64,000 nt of DNA from an uncultured Acidobacteriota bacterium (lineage in GTDB: Bacteria; Acidobacteriota; Thermoanaerobaculia; Multivoradales; JAHEKO01), in NCBI GenBank assembly GCA_963713825.1, contig CAVQNG010000003.1, positions 1,408,001 to 1,472,000 on the forward strand, read 5' to 3'. The notes below the pieces were generated by a model, which saw nothing but the letters and a program-made list of their open reading frames with translations, searched no databases and was not told the origin of the DNA. Positions 9,145-18,378 of this stretch are shown piece after piece. The position numbers and the translations under genes are program-made. Positions within the stretch are counted from its first letter, which is position 1, and each line of letters begins with the position of its first letter.

Positions 9145-10482
9145 ATGAAAGCGAATGAGTTCAACAAGAGGTGGCCAGTTGTAGGTCTCGGATTGGTGGG
9201 TCTGGCCTGCCTTTGGATCCCTTCTGGAGTGGCCGCCGCTCAGAGCGAATCGGAGCTGACCGAGGAGGTCGGGACGACGGAATCGGAATCGACAGAATCG
9301 GAATCGACGGCGGGACAGCAGCCCAGGTTCGGGGGTCCGGATCAGGTCGACAATCAGATCGCCAACGACGAGGCTTCGACCAGCCGGATCGTTACGGACC
9401 GTCTCCTCGATCTCTATTTCGCATGGAAGAAGAACTTGCAGGAGAAGCGCGGCATCTCACTCTCGGTGGATTACTCCGCCGCCTACCTGAGTGGAAACAA
9501 CCGTGTCGGCGACGATAGCGCCGGTGGGGGCATCGCCCGCTTCTATGGCTCGTGGGATCTCGTCGGTCGGGAGTCGGGCAACACCGGGGCCTTCGTTTGG
9601 AAGGTCGAGCATCGGCACGCCTACACTGATGTCGCTCCCAGCGGTTTCGGGTTCAACATCGGCTATGTCGGGCTCATAGAGCCACCGTTCAGCGGTCAGG
9701 GCTGGAGATGGACGAACTTCTACTGGCGCCAGCGCTGGAAGGACGGGAAGATCGCCCTGTTCGGGGGCTTTCTGGATGCCACCGACTACGTCGATGTCTA
9801 TGCCATGGCCAGTCCATGGACGGGCTTCTTGAATTTCGCATTCAGTACAGGCACGTTGACCATGGCAGTACCCAACGATGCCACGCTGGGTGCCGCCGCG
9901 GGTGGGATGATCACGAAGAACCTGTTCCTCATCGGCGGTCTGGTGGACCGAAACTCTGACCCGACCGAGTTCTGGGAGGGCTTCAACACCTTCTTCAGTG
10001 ACAACGAGTACTTCAAGTCGATCGAGATCGGCTGGACACCATCGCATGACGAGATCTACCTCAACAACACCCATCTCACTCTCTGGCAGGCCGACGAGCG
10101 GGAAGAGGCAGGGGAGGCGAGCGGATGGGGAGCCAACTTTTCGTGGAGCCGGTACTGGGCCGAGAAGTGGCTGCCCTTTGTGCGGGCGGGTTATGCCGAT
10201 GACGGTGGCAGCCTGATGCAGAAAGCGGTCAGCTTCGGCTTTGGCTACCAACCCGATCCCGGAGGCAACGTCCTGGGATTCGGCTTCAACTGGGGTGAGG
10301 TCAACGAGGATACCTGGGGTTCGGGTCTGAGCGACCAGCTGACCGCGGAGCTCTATTACCGCTGGAACATCTCGCCGCAGTTTGCCCTCACTCCCGATGT
10401 CCAGTACCTAAAGGATCCGTCACTCAACCCCGAAGAGGACTCGATCTGGGTCATCGGGCTGCGGGCGCGATTGGCTCTCTGA
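9145..10482 (+). CDS. OprB-like carbohydrate-selective porin
   Basis: Signal peptide; C-terminal ELYYR..LTPDVQYLKDP..GLRARLAL typical of the OprB family. Confidence 0.75.
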   Translation: MKANEFNKRWPVVGLGLVGLACLWIPSGVAAAQSESELTEEVGTTESESTESESTAGQQPRFGGPDQVDNQIANDEASTSRIVTDRLLDLYFAWKKNLQEKRGISLSVDYSAAYLSGNNRVGDDSAGGGIARFYGSWDLVGRESGNTGAFVWKVEHRHAYTDVAPSGFGFNIGYVGLIEPPFSGQGWRWTNFYWRQRWKDGKIALFGGFLDATDYVDVYAMASPWTGFLNFAFSTGTLTMAVPNDATLGAAAGGMITKNLFLIGGLVDRNSDPTEFWEGFNTFFSDNEYFKSIEIGWTPSHDEIYLNNTHLTLWQADEREEAGEASGWGANFSWSRYWAEKWLPFVRAGYADDGGSLMQKAVSFGFGYQPDPGGNVLGFGFNWGEVNEDTWGSGLSDQLTAELYYRWNISPQFALTPDVQYLKDPSLNPEEDSIWVIGLRARLAL

Positions 10483-10538
10483 CGAGAGATCTCGTTGGGC
10501 CTGTCGCTCGTATTGGTAGTCTTGAAGGAGAGGTCCAA

Positions 10539-11351
10539 ATGTCGAGCGAGCTCAACGCCATCGTCGTGCAGCGAATCGAGGTTTCGCCGGGCCTGGTGAT
10601 CCTGAGGGTCGTTCCCGAGGGCTGGGAGTTGCCCGAATTCGAGCCCGGCCAGTTCGCCGTTTTGGCACTGCCTGGATCGGCGGCGCGAACCACCATCTCA
10701 GACCCCGAGACCAAGCCGAGCGCTCCGGACAAGCTGATCAAACGAGCCTACTCGATTGCCTCGTCCTCGAGAGCCAAGGAGTTCATGGAGTTCTACGTCT
10801 CTTTGGTGCCGTCGGGTCAGCTCACACCGCGGCTGTTCAAGCTGAGGAGCGGTGATGGAGTCTGGCTCTCGCCGAAGGCGAAGGGCCTGTTCACCCTCGA
10901 CAACGTCGAGAAGGGCCGTCACGTCGCCTTTCTCGCGACCGGCACGGGACTCGCGCCCTACATGAGCATGCTGCGTACAGAGTTGACTTGTGGCACGCCG
11001 ACGCACTTCGGCGTACTTCACGGCGCTCGCCATTCCTGGGATCTGGGGTATCGCTCGGAGCTCATGACGCTGCGCCAGCTCTGTTCGAATTTCTCCTATC
11101 TGCCGACGATCAGCCGGCCTCAAGCCGAGGCTGTCGAGTGGGCCGGACACTCGGGGTATCTGCAGGACCTCTGGCGCTCCCGTGCTCTGGCCGATGAATG
11201 GGGCTTCGAGCCTTCACCAGAGACTACGGACATCTTCATCTGCGGAAATCCTGCAATGGTCGATGACATGGTGGCCATCCTCGGCGATGAGGGCTATGTC
11301 GAGCACAACCGCCGCCAGCAGGGTCAGGTTCACGTAGAGCGCTACTGGTAG
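10539..11351 (+). CDS. fpr: Ferredoxin--NADP(+) reductase (bacterial type)
   Basis: RAYSIAS, G.LTP.L, ATGTGLAPY, CGNPAM, terminal ERYW. Confidence 0.88.
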   Translation: MSSELNAIVVQRIEVSPGLVILRVVPEGWELPEFEPGQFAVLALPGSAARTTISDPETKPSAPDKLIKRAYSIASSSRAKEFMEFYVSLVPSGQLTPRLFKLRSGDGVWLSPKAKGLFTLDNVEKGRHVAFLATGTGLAPYMSMLRTELTCGTPTHFGVLHGARHSWDLGYRSELMTLRQLCSNFSYLPTISRPQAEAVEWAGHSGYLQDLWRSRALADEWGFEPSPETTDIFICGNPAMVDDMVAILGDEGYVEHNRRQQGQVHVERYW

Positions 11352-11439
11352 CCGCTGCGGAGGGCGTGCGGTGGGTGTGGGCACGGAGAAGCTCTTTCAA
11401 CCACCGGAGCCAGCCGAGGTTGGGTCGAATTGAGGACAG

Positions 11440-11859
11440 CTAGGTTTCGAAAGGGTTGACGAGCTCGAGACCGCATTCTTCGAAATCGCGAATATTTCGA
11501 GTGGCGACTGCCAGACCGCGGGCCCAGGCTATGGAGGCAATCTGACCGTCGAGGATTCCAAGGGGGCGGCCGAGTCTCTTTCGGTGCCCCATGATCTCGC
11601 CATACTGCAGAGCCGCCTTCGCGTCGAATGACAGGACTCTCTGCTCGAATCCTTGGGCAACGAACTTCGCGAAGCGATTCTCCAGATCTCGGCGCCGCCT
11701 GCCTGCGGGAAGCACGCTCAAGCCATAGCCGATCTCGGCGAGAGTGACCGACGACAGGTACAGTCTCATACTCTCCTGAGCATTCAGCCATCGCACCACC
11801 GTCTGCGAGGGTGCCTTCATCATGACAGCGGAAATCACGTTGGTGTCGAGGAGGATCAT
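11440..11859 (-). CDS. vapC: VapC/FitB PIN-domain toxin
   Basis: ILLDTNVIS..AEI..DGQIA..TRN..DF..LVNPF. Confidence 0.93.
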   Translation of the reverse strand: MILLDTNVISAVMMKAPSQTVVRWLNAQESMRLYLSSVTLAEIGYGLSVLPAGRRRRDLENRFAKFVAQGFEQRVLSFDAKAALQYGEIMGHRKRLGRPLGILDGQIASIAWARGLAVATRNIRDFEECGLELVNPFET

Positions 11860-12089
11860 GAGTCCACTTCCAGAGGCTCATGGGGTGTTCGAGGGGGAAT
11901 CTCCAGTTCCACGCCGTGGTCGGGACCGAACTGCTGTAGCGCCAGATCACCCAGCCTCTCGGGTGACGAGACCGCTCGTCTGAGGATCTGGCGGACCTCT
12001 TCCTCCATGGATACGCCATGTTTGGCGGCGCGAACCCGTAGTTGCTCGTAAGTCATGTCATCGATCTTCCGCACGCTCAGGTTGGCCAT
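11856..12089 (-). CDS. FitA-like ribbon-helix-helix antitoxin
   Basis: MANLSVRKIDD..LRVRAAKHGVSMEEEVRQIL; overlaps the toxin start. Confidence 0.88.
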   Translation of the reverse strand: MANLSVRKIDDMTYEQLRVRAAKHGVSMEEEVRQILRRAVSSPERLGDLALQQFGPDHGVELEIPPRTPHEPLEVDS

Positions 12090-12096
12090 GAGTGAC

Positions 12097-12134
12097 ATGC
12101 TAGCGTACGCTAGCAATGCTGTCAATTGCTAGCA
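12097..12134 (-). promoter_or_regulatory. sigma70 promoter and palindromic operator of the fitAB-like operon
   Basis: Minus-strand TTGACA (12125-12120), 17 bp, TAGCAT (12102-12097). Perfect palindrome TGCTAGCGTACGCTAGCA (12098-12115), plus TGCTGTCA and TGCTAGCA (12127-12134). Confidence 0.8.
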
Positions 12135-12292
12135 TTTGTCTAGTGATCGCCTCTAAAGAAGTGAAGGACGGTTCAAGGCTCCAGGATCTTGCAGATTGAG
12201 CCGGCCTGGCCTCGCCCCCCCCTGGGTACCTCCCGTTTTCACCTGGTTCAGCTGAGCAGACATAGTATGGTTGGACGAGACTGGGAGATGCG

Positions 12293-13792
12293 ATGAGTGG
12301 ACAACATTTGAGCCAGAGAATTCCTGGAGGGTCGGTCGGTCTTCTCACCGACCTCTACCAGCTGACCATGGCCTATGGCTACTGGAAGACGGGAGAGCTC
12401 GAGACGGAGTCGGCGTTCAACCTCTATTTTCGCTCCAGCCCGTTCGAAGGCGGCTACACCATTGCCTGCGGCCTCGGCTATCTCGTCGATTTTGTGCAGT
12501 CCTACGGCTTTTCCAGCGAAGACCTCACCTACCTGTCCGGCCTGACGGGAAATGACGGCCAGCCTCTGTTCGAGGCGGCCTTTCTGGACTATCTGCAACA
12601 GGTGGAGCTGAGCTGCGATATCGACGCTGTTCCTGAAGGCACGGTGGTCTTCCCGAATGAACCTCTGGTACGCCTCCGCGGCCCGCTGATCCAGTGCCAG
12701 CTCCTGGAGACCCCCCTGGTCAACATCCTCAACTTTCAGAGCTTGATTGCCACCAAGGCCTCGCGAGTCTGCGAAGCGGCACAAGGCGATCGTGTCATCG
12801 AGTTCGGTCTGCGTCGGGCGCAAGGCTTCGACGGTGCCCTGGCCGCCAGTCGCGCCGCCTACATCGGTGGCTGCGAATCGACCTCCAATGTACTGGCAGG
12901 AAAGCTCTTCGGTATTCCACCGCGGGGGACCCACGCACACAGTTGGGTGATGATCTTCGACTCCGAGATCGAGGCTTTCAAGGCCTATGCCGAAGCCATG
13001 CCGAACAACTGCATCCTGCTCGTCGATACCTATGACACGCTCCAGGGGGTCAGAAATGCGGTCGAGATCGGCGAGTGGCTGCGTCAGCGGGGCAGTGAGC
13101 TAGCGGGCATCCGCCTCGACTCCGGCGATCTGGCCTACCTGAGCATCGAAGCCCGGAAGATCCTGGACGAGGCTGGTTTCCCAGACGCTGCGATCGTCGC
13201 CAGCAACGAGCTCGACGAGCACGTCATCACGAGCCTCAAGGACCAGGGAGCCCGTATCAATGTTTGGGGCGTCGGCACGAAGCTGATCACCGCCTGGGAT
13301 CAGCCGGCTCTCGGTGCCGTCTACAAGCTGGCGGCGGTCCGACGCTCTGGTGGCGAGTGGGAGCCGCGGGTCAAGCTCTCGGAGCATTCGGCCAAGGTCA
13401 ACATTCCCGGCTTCAGTCAGGTGCGCCGCTTTCAGCGCGACGGGGAGTTCATCGCCGACATGATCTACGACGAGTTGGACCCGCCGGCTGGCATTGCCGA
13501 GATCGTCGATCCCATGGACAGCACCCGCTGGAAGAAGCTACCTCCCAGCGCGGCGCACGAAGATTTGCTGCAGCCGGTTTATCGAGCTGGCCAGCTCGAG
13601 GCTGTGGTACCGACGCCGCAGGAAGCTCGGGGTCGAACGCTGGAGCAGATGACGTCGTTTCACCCTGGGATCCGTCGGTTCTTGAATCCCCACCAATACC
13701 CTGTGGGTCTCGAGCGCGGACTTCACGACACCCGGATGCGACTGATTCTCGAGGCGAGAACAGAAGCTGCTAGCCGCAATCAGTGGGAGTGA
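12293..13792 (+). CDS. pncB: Nicotinate phosphoribosyltransferase
   Basis: LLTDLYQLTM, EFGLRRAQG, GTHAHSW, LVDTYD, GIRLDSGDL, GVGT motifs. Confidence 0.95.
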   Translation: MSGQHLSQRIPGGSVGLLTDLYQLTMAYGYWKTGELETESAFNLYFRSSPFEGGYTIACGLGYLVDFVQSYGFSSEDLTYLSGLTGNDGQPLFEAAFLDYLQQVELSCDIDAVPEGTVVFPNEPLVRLRGPLIQCQLLETPLVNILNFQSLIATKASRVCEAAQGDRVIEFGLRRAQGFDGALAASRAAYIGGCESTSNVLAGKLFGIPPRGTHAHSWVMIFDSEIEAFKAYAEAMPNNCILLVDTYDTLQGVRNAVEIGEWLRQRGSELAGIRLDSGDLAYLSIEARKILDEAGFPDAAIVASNELDEHVITSLKDQGARINVWGVGTKLITAWDQPALGAVYKLAAVRRSGGEWEPRVKLSEHSAKVNIPGFSQVRRFQRDGEFIADMIYDELDPPAGIAEIVDPMDSTRWKKLPPSAAHEDLLQPVYRAGQLEAVVPTPQEARGRTLEQMTSFHPGIRRFLNPHQYPVGLERGLHDTRMRLILEARTEAASRNQWE

Positions 13793-13866
13793 TCAGCCGG
13801 GCGTCGAATTCTGACCGTGGTAGATTGGCTTCAATCTACTACTGATCGCCGGAGGTACTACATCGA

Positions 13867-14715
13867 ATGGCAATGCAATCGAGAACTCGCGGAGAGAGTC
13901 GTCTCTTCTCTGCAATGGCCCTGGTCCTGACCGTTGGACTGTTGGGGGTAGCGATCCCCGTCCAGGCTGCGGCTCCAGGGCAGGTCGTCTGGGTCGATCT
14001 GTTGACCGAAGACGCGGCGACTGCGATCGACTTCTACCGGCAGCTTCTGGGCTGGAAGATCGAACCGTACTCCGGTGGCAACTTCGTGGTGAGCAATGAC
14101 GGTCATCCGATCGCTGGGATCAGTGAAATCAAGGACGCTGATCCCGAGGGAGAGGAAGCGCTCTGGCTCGTGGGGATGGCGGTGCCCGACCTTGCCGACT
14201 CCGTGGCCACGGCACGCAAGCTCGGCGCCAAGGTGCATCGGGATGTCGGGCGTGTCGAGGGCTTTGCCAGCTTCGCCATCTTGGAGGATCCTCAGGGAGC
14301 GGCTTTTATGTTGCTGGCCCCGGAGCGCCCTTTTGATGAGCCAAAGACCGTTGGTTCCTGGGTTTGGACCGAGCTGTGGACGCACGATACAGATGCAGCG
14401 TCGAAGTTCTATGGCAAGGTGATCGGCTATGAACAAGCCGAGATCGATCGCTCCGACGACTCTTATCTGCTGTTTCAAACGGGGGGTGAGCATCGGGCCG
14501 GTCTTGTAGAGATCGAGAACAAACAGGTCGATCCCATATGGGCTCCGTATCTAGGTGTTGCCGACTTGGCAGCTACCGTGGCGCAAACCAAGGGGCTCGG
14601 AGGTCGGGTCCTTCTGGCGCCCGATCCGAAGCTCGGCGAGGGGAGGGTAGCGCTGTTGGCCGATCCCACCGGAGGAGCCTTCTTCATCTATGAGCTCGAG
14701 GAGGAAACACCATGA
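13867..14715 (+). CDS. Two-domain VOC/glyoxalase family protein with signal peptide
   Basis: Duplicated W.DL.T.D...A..FY and DP.GA.F motifs; hydrophobic N-terminus ending VQA. Confidence 0.85.
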   Translation: MAMQSRTRGESRLFSAMALVLTVGLLGVAIPVQAAAPGQVVWVDLLTEDAATAIDFYRQLLGWKIEPYSGGNFVVSNDGHPIAGISEIKDADPEGEEALWLVGMAVPDLADSVATARKLGAKVHRDVGRVEGFASFAILEDPQGAAFMLLAPERPFDEPKTVGSWVWTELWTHDTDAASKFYGKVIGYEQAEIDRSDDSYLLFQTGGEHRAGLVEIENKQVDPIWAPYLGVADLAATVAQTKGLGGRVLLAPDPKLGEGRVALLADPTGGAFFIYELEEETP

Positions 14716-14966
14716 AGCGCTCGGTTCGATTCTTTGCCCTCCTCCTGTTTGTGGCCGCGCTCGTACTTGGCCTCGAGGCATGTTCATCCTCTGGGTATGA
14801 CTCTACCTACTCCAACTCCAGCGTCCGCTACGGTGTGAGCCACGGCTATGGCTATGGCTACGGATGGGGTCGTGGCTATGGTGGTGGTGGCTGGTATGGA
14901 GGTGGTTACTACCCGGGAACGCCGGTAGGACCCCCACCGGGCCGACCGATCGCAACACCGTATTGA
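14712..14966 (+). CDS. Small Gly/Tyr-rich lipoprotein
   Basis: RBS GGAGG, ATGA overlap with the VOC gene, lipobox LEAC, GYGYGYGWG low-complexity segment, Pro-rich tail. Confidence 0.75.
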   Translation: MKRSVRFFALLLFVAALVLGLEACSSSGYDSTYSNSSVRYGVSHGYGYGYGWGRGYGGGGWYGGGYYPGTPVGPPPGRPIATPY

Positions 14967-15012
14967 GACAGAAAGCTCTCGGCGGAACCAGGAAGCCTCC
15001 GGGTTTCCGAGG

Positions 15013-15618
15013 CTAGTCGTCCTGTTCCATCTGGTGTTTGCGAATCGCCTGGACTTTGGCGCCGTACATCTCGTCCCAGCGCTTCATGATCTTCTCGAGC
15101 GCACGATCGAGCTTCTGCTCGTTCTTCTCGGGCTTCTTCTTGGCCATGGCTGCCGTGCCTATGCCGCGCCAAATCAATTTCTTCTCCTTCGCATCCCAAG
15201 CGTCGATGATGAGGGTGCCCTCATTGAAAGAGAAGTTCTCGAGGTTGCGCGTGCCGACGCCGCCGTCCCAATAGGAGCCCAGCGAGAAATCGGGGCCGTA
15301 GGTGTACTCGAGATCACTCAGGACGAGACGCAGGTTGCTCTGATCGGCGGTGTAGTAGGCGATATAGATGTCGGGATCGGCATCGACCTCTTCCATGCCT
15401 CCCTCTTTGATGTAGTTTCTGAGCCCGTTCACCACGCGCCGGTGCAGGGTCTCTGAGAAGTTCCGCAGATCCTCTCGAGTCTCCTTGAACTGGAAAGTCC
15501 TGTACTGGCTGAAAGCGGTAGCCCGGTCGTAGTCGACGTAGACCTTCTGGGCCAGGGCCGGCGTGGCCGTGATGACGGTGAAAACGACGAGCAGAATGAA
15601 CAGCCGATGAATCTTCAT
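15013..15618 (-). CDS. DUF4136 domain secreted protein
   Basis: Signal peptide; V.VDYD...FSQYRTF and EGTLIID..D...KLIWRG motifs. Confidence 0.8.
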   Translation of the reverse strand: MKIHRLFILLVVFTVITATPALAQKVYVDYDRATAFSQYRTFQFKETREDLRNFSETLHRRVVNGLRNYIKEGGMEEVDADPDIYIAYYTADQSNLRLVLSDLEYTYGPDFSLGSYWDGGVGTRNLENFSFNEGTLIIDAWDAKEKKLIWRGIGTAAMAKKKPEKNEQKLDRALEKIMKRWDEMYGAKVQAIRKHQMEQDD

Positions 15619-15774
15619 CGGCCGATTCTAGTGCATCCTGGGTGTGTCCCCTGCCATGAACCAATCCTTGGCTGACGACACCCTGGATTGGGCCATCCTG
15701 GAGTAGGACTCCCGGCCGGAATAGAGCCAAGATAGGATTCGAAATGGACCCGGAGGAACAGACCGGAGGCGAGC

Positions 15775-17163
15775 ATGCGAAAGATCCTGGTTCCCCTGAC
15801 ACGTAACCCCATCAGTCTTGCCGGCTCGGCCCTGATGCTGATCAGCGCCATCCTGTTCGTGAGCCTGATGCTGATCGAGTTCCTGGGGGCCAAGGGCAAC
15901 CCCTATCTGGGCATCATTACCTATTTGATCCTGCCAGCCGGTGGCCTGATCGGCTTCATCCTCGTCTTCTGGGGCATCCGACGGGAGCGGCGCCTTGCAC
16001 CGGAGGCGGCCTTCCCGGTCATCGATCTCAACAGCGAAGCGACTCGAAGACGCTTGATGATCCTGGTGCTGGTCGTGACCGTCGGGGCGGTGGTCCTCAC
16101 GGCCGCGATGTCTCAGGGCGTCCACGTCATGGAGAGCACCTCGTTCTGTGGCGAAACCTGCCACAGCGTCATGTCCCCCGAGTACATCGCTTACCAGCGC
16201 TCTCCACATGCGCGAGTCGCATGTGTTGAATGCCATGTCGGCGAGGGAACCAGCTGGTTCGTCCGCTCCAAGCTCAGTGGTGCGTGGCAGCTCGTCTCCA
16301 CCGCCCTGGACCTCTACGAGCGTCCTATTCCGACACCGGTGCATCATTTGCGACCCTCCGAAGGAACCTGCGAGGAATGCCACTGGCCGGAGAAGTTCTA
16401 TGGTGTCAGCCCCAAGATGATCACGAAGTTCTCCGACGACGAGGCCAATTCCGAGGTCAAGACGATTCTCCTGCTCAAAGTCGGTGGTGACGACTTCGGT
16501 GGAACCCAGGGTATTCACTGGCACATGGACCCCGACGTCGAGATCCGCTACCGGTCGGACGAGAAACGACGGACGATGTACGAAGTCGAGCTGCAAGTTG
16601 GTGACGATCCGGTGAAGCGATTCTTCAAGCAGACGGTGAAAGAAGACAACCCCGAGCTGATGGATTGGCGGGTCATGGATTGCGTCGACTGCCACAACCG
16701 TCCGACGCATGTCTACTACACCGCCGAAGAGGCGGTCGATCTGGCGCTCGAGCGGAAGTTCATCGCCAAGGATCTGCCGTTCGTCAGGCGCGAGGGGCTG
16801 AAGGCTGTCCGCGCCGAGTACGCCTCACACGAAGAAGCAGAACCAGGGATCTCAGCAGCGATCACCAGCTTCTACGAGTCCGAGTACCCGAGTCTGGCTT
16901 CGAGGCGCGCTGACGACATCCAAGAGGCCGGACGTGTCCTGGGCCGGCTCTACGCCAACAACGTCTTCCCGACCATGAAGATCGAGTGGGACACCTACCC
17001 GGACTTCAGTGGTCACTACAACTCGTTGGGCTGCAACCGCTGTCACGCCGGTGACCACGCCACGGAAGAGGGTGACGTGATCGATTCCGACTGCTCGATC
17101 TGCCACACCATCGTCGCCTGGGACGAAGCCAGCCCAGAGATTCTCGAGCTGATCCCGAAGTAG
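15775..17163 (+). CDS. Membrane-anchored multiheme cytochrome c, NapC/NirT-type (ImcH-like)
   Basis: Three N-terminal TM helices; heme motifs CGETCH, CVECH, CEECH, CVDCH, CNRCH, CSICH; GIHWH motif. Confidence 0.88.
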   Translation: MRKILVPLTRNPISLAGSALMLISAILFVSLMLIEFLGAKGNPYLGIITYLILPAGGLIGFILVFWGIRRERRLAPEAAFPVIDLNSEATRRRLMILVLVVTVGAVVLTAAMSQGVHVMESTSFCGETCHSVMSPEYIAYQRSPHARVACVECHVGEGTSWFVRSKLSGAWQLVSTALDLYERPIPTPVHHLRPSEGTCEECHWPEKFYGVSPKMITKFSDDEANSEVKTILLLKVGGDDFGGTQGIHWHMDPDVEIRYRSDEKRRTMYEVELQVGDDPVKRFFKQTVKEDNPELMDWRVMDCVDCHNRPTHVYYTAEEAVDLALERKFIAKDLPFVRREGLKAVRAEYASHEEAEPGISAAITSFYESEYPSLASRRADDIQEAGRVLGRLYANNVFPTMKIEWDTYPDFSGHYNSLGCNRCHAGDHATEEGDVIDSDCSICHTIVAWDEASPEILELIPK

Positions 17164-17291
17164 TCACTCCTGAAGCGGTTGTTGTCTTGGGGCCGAGGCC
17201 GGTCACGAAGCCCGAATGTGCGATCTTTGATAGATCGGGATGGCCGAGTCAGGCTATCCTCTGGCCGACAAGAAGAGAGGAACTTCCGAAG

Positions 17292-18356
17292 ATGAGAGTT
17301 GTCACCACCTCGGCAATGGCGGCGCTGATTGTGCTGGTGGGGTGCGTTTCCTATACGAGCTCTCCTGCGGCGCCTGCCCCAGATGCCGCCTTCGACGCTG
17401 TGGAGTTGCCCTCCCACCCTTCTGCCGAGTACGAGAAGCACGAAGTCGTCTTCAAGAATCGGATGGTGGACGAGGAAGAGAGCTCACTCTATCGAGTTCG
17501 CTACATTCGCTTTCCCTCCTATGGTGAAAACGGCCAGGAAGACAACCTGGTCACGGGCCGGTACTACGAGAGCAAGCGGCCGGGGAAGAAGCCTCTCGTC
17601 ATCATCGTACCGATCCCGGCGGGCCACACCTACCCGGCAGAGAAGATGACTGCCTACCTGAAGTCCCACAGCATGGGCGAGATCAACATCTTCAACATGA
17701 AGATCGAGAGGGACGTGATCGATTGGAACGGTTTGTCTGCTTCCGTTGACGAGGCAGCGTTCATGGAGCGACTGGAGAAGAGCGCCGAGCGGGAATGGAC
17801 GACCGTCATCGATATTCGCCGAACCCTCGACTGGGCGGAAGCCCGACCAGAGATCGACGCCCAGAGAATCGGCTTGATGGGCTTCAGCCATGGGGGAATC
17901 GTCGCGGCTGGAGTGGCAGTCCAGGAACCTCGACTAGCGGCCACTGTGCTGGTGATGGCCGGAGCGCTGCTTCATCAGCCCATGGTTCGTTGCCCTCTTG
18001 GACGAAGCGAGGGGATGAGATCGAAGGCGCTGTCGGAATTCGGCTGGACGGAAGAGGAGCTCGAAGCCCGGATCGAGGCCGAATTCAGCTATTTCGAGCC
18101 GGCGAACTTTCCGGGCAGGGTCGACCCTTCGAAGGTGTTGATCGTCGAAGCGGCGAAGGACGACTGCATTCCCGAGAGTGGGCGACAGGCGCTCTGGGAG
18201 ACCATGGGCCGCCCAGAGAGGATCCAGCTGAATTACAGGCACAAACAGGCCTTCCTCTCGATGACTCCGCTACGCCTCCTTTGGCTGCGACACCGAATCT
18301 GGGAGTTTCTGCAGCGCTCCCTCGAGATCGGGCCCCAGGCTGTGGCAGCCCTATAG
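17292..18356 (+). CDS. Alpha/beta hydrolase family lipoprotein
   Basis: Lipobox LVGC; RIGLMGFSHGG nucleophile elbow; ATG 17292 after GAGG. Confidence 0.75.
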   Translation: MRVVTTSAMAALIVLVGCVSYTSSPAAPAPDAAFDAVELPSHPSAEYEKHEVVFKNRMVDEEESSLYRVRYIRFPSYGENGQEDNLVTGRYYESKRPGKKPLVIIVPIPAGHTYPAEKMTAYLKSHSMGEINIFNMKIERDVIDWNGLSASVDEAAFMERLEKSAEREWTTVIDIRRTLDWAEARPEIDAQRIGLMGFSHGGIVAAGVAVQEPRLAATVLVMAGALLHQPMVRCPLGRSEGMRSKALSEFGWTEEELEARIEAEFSYFEPANFPGRVDPSKVLIVEAAKDDCIPESGRQALWETMGRPERIQLNYRHKQAFLSMTPLRLLWLRHRIWEFLQRSLEIGPQAVAAL

Positions 18357-18378
18357 AAGAAACTCGAGAGCGCGATCT

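Noticed and set aside
9277-9306. 15-bp tandem repeat (TESES x2) in the porin N-terminus
   Set aside because: An ordinary low-complexity linker duplication.
12140-12292. NAD riboswitch or NrtR site upstream of pncB
   Set aside because: No convincing motif or palindrome beyond the TA operator.
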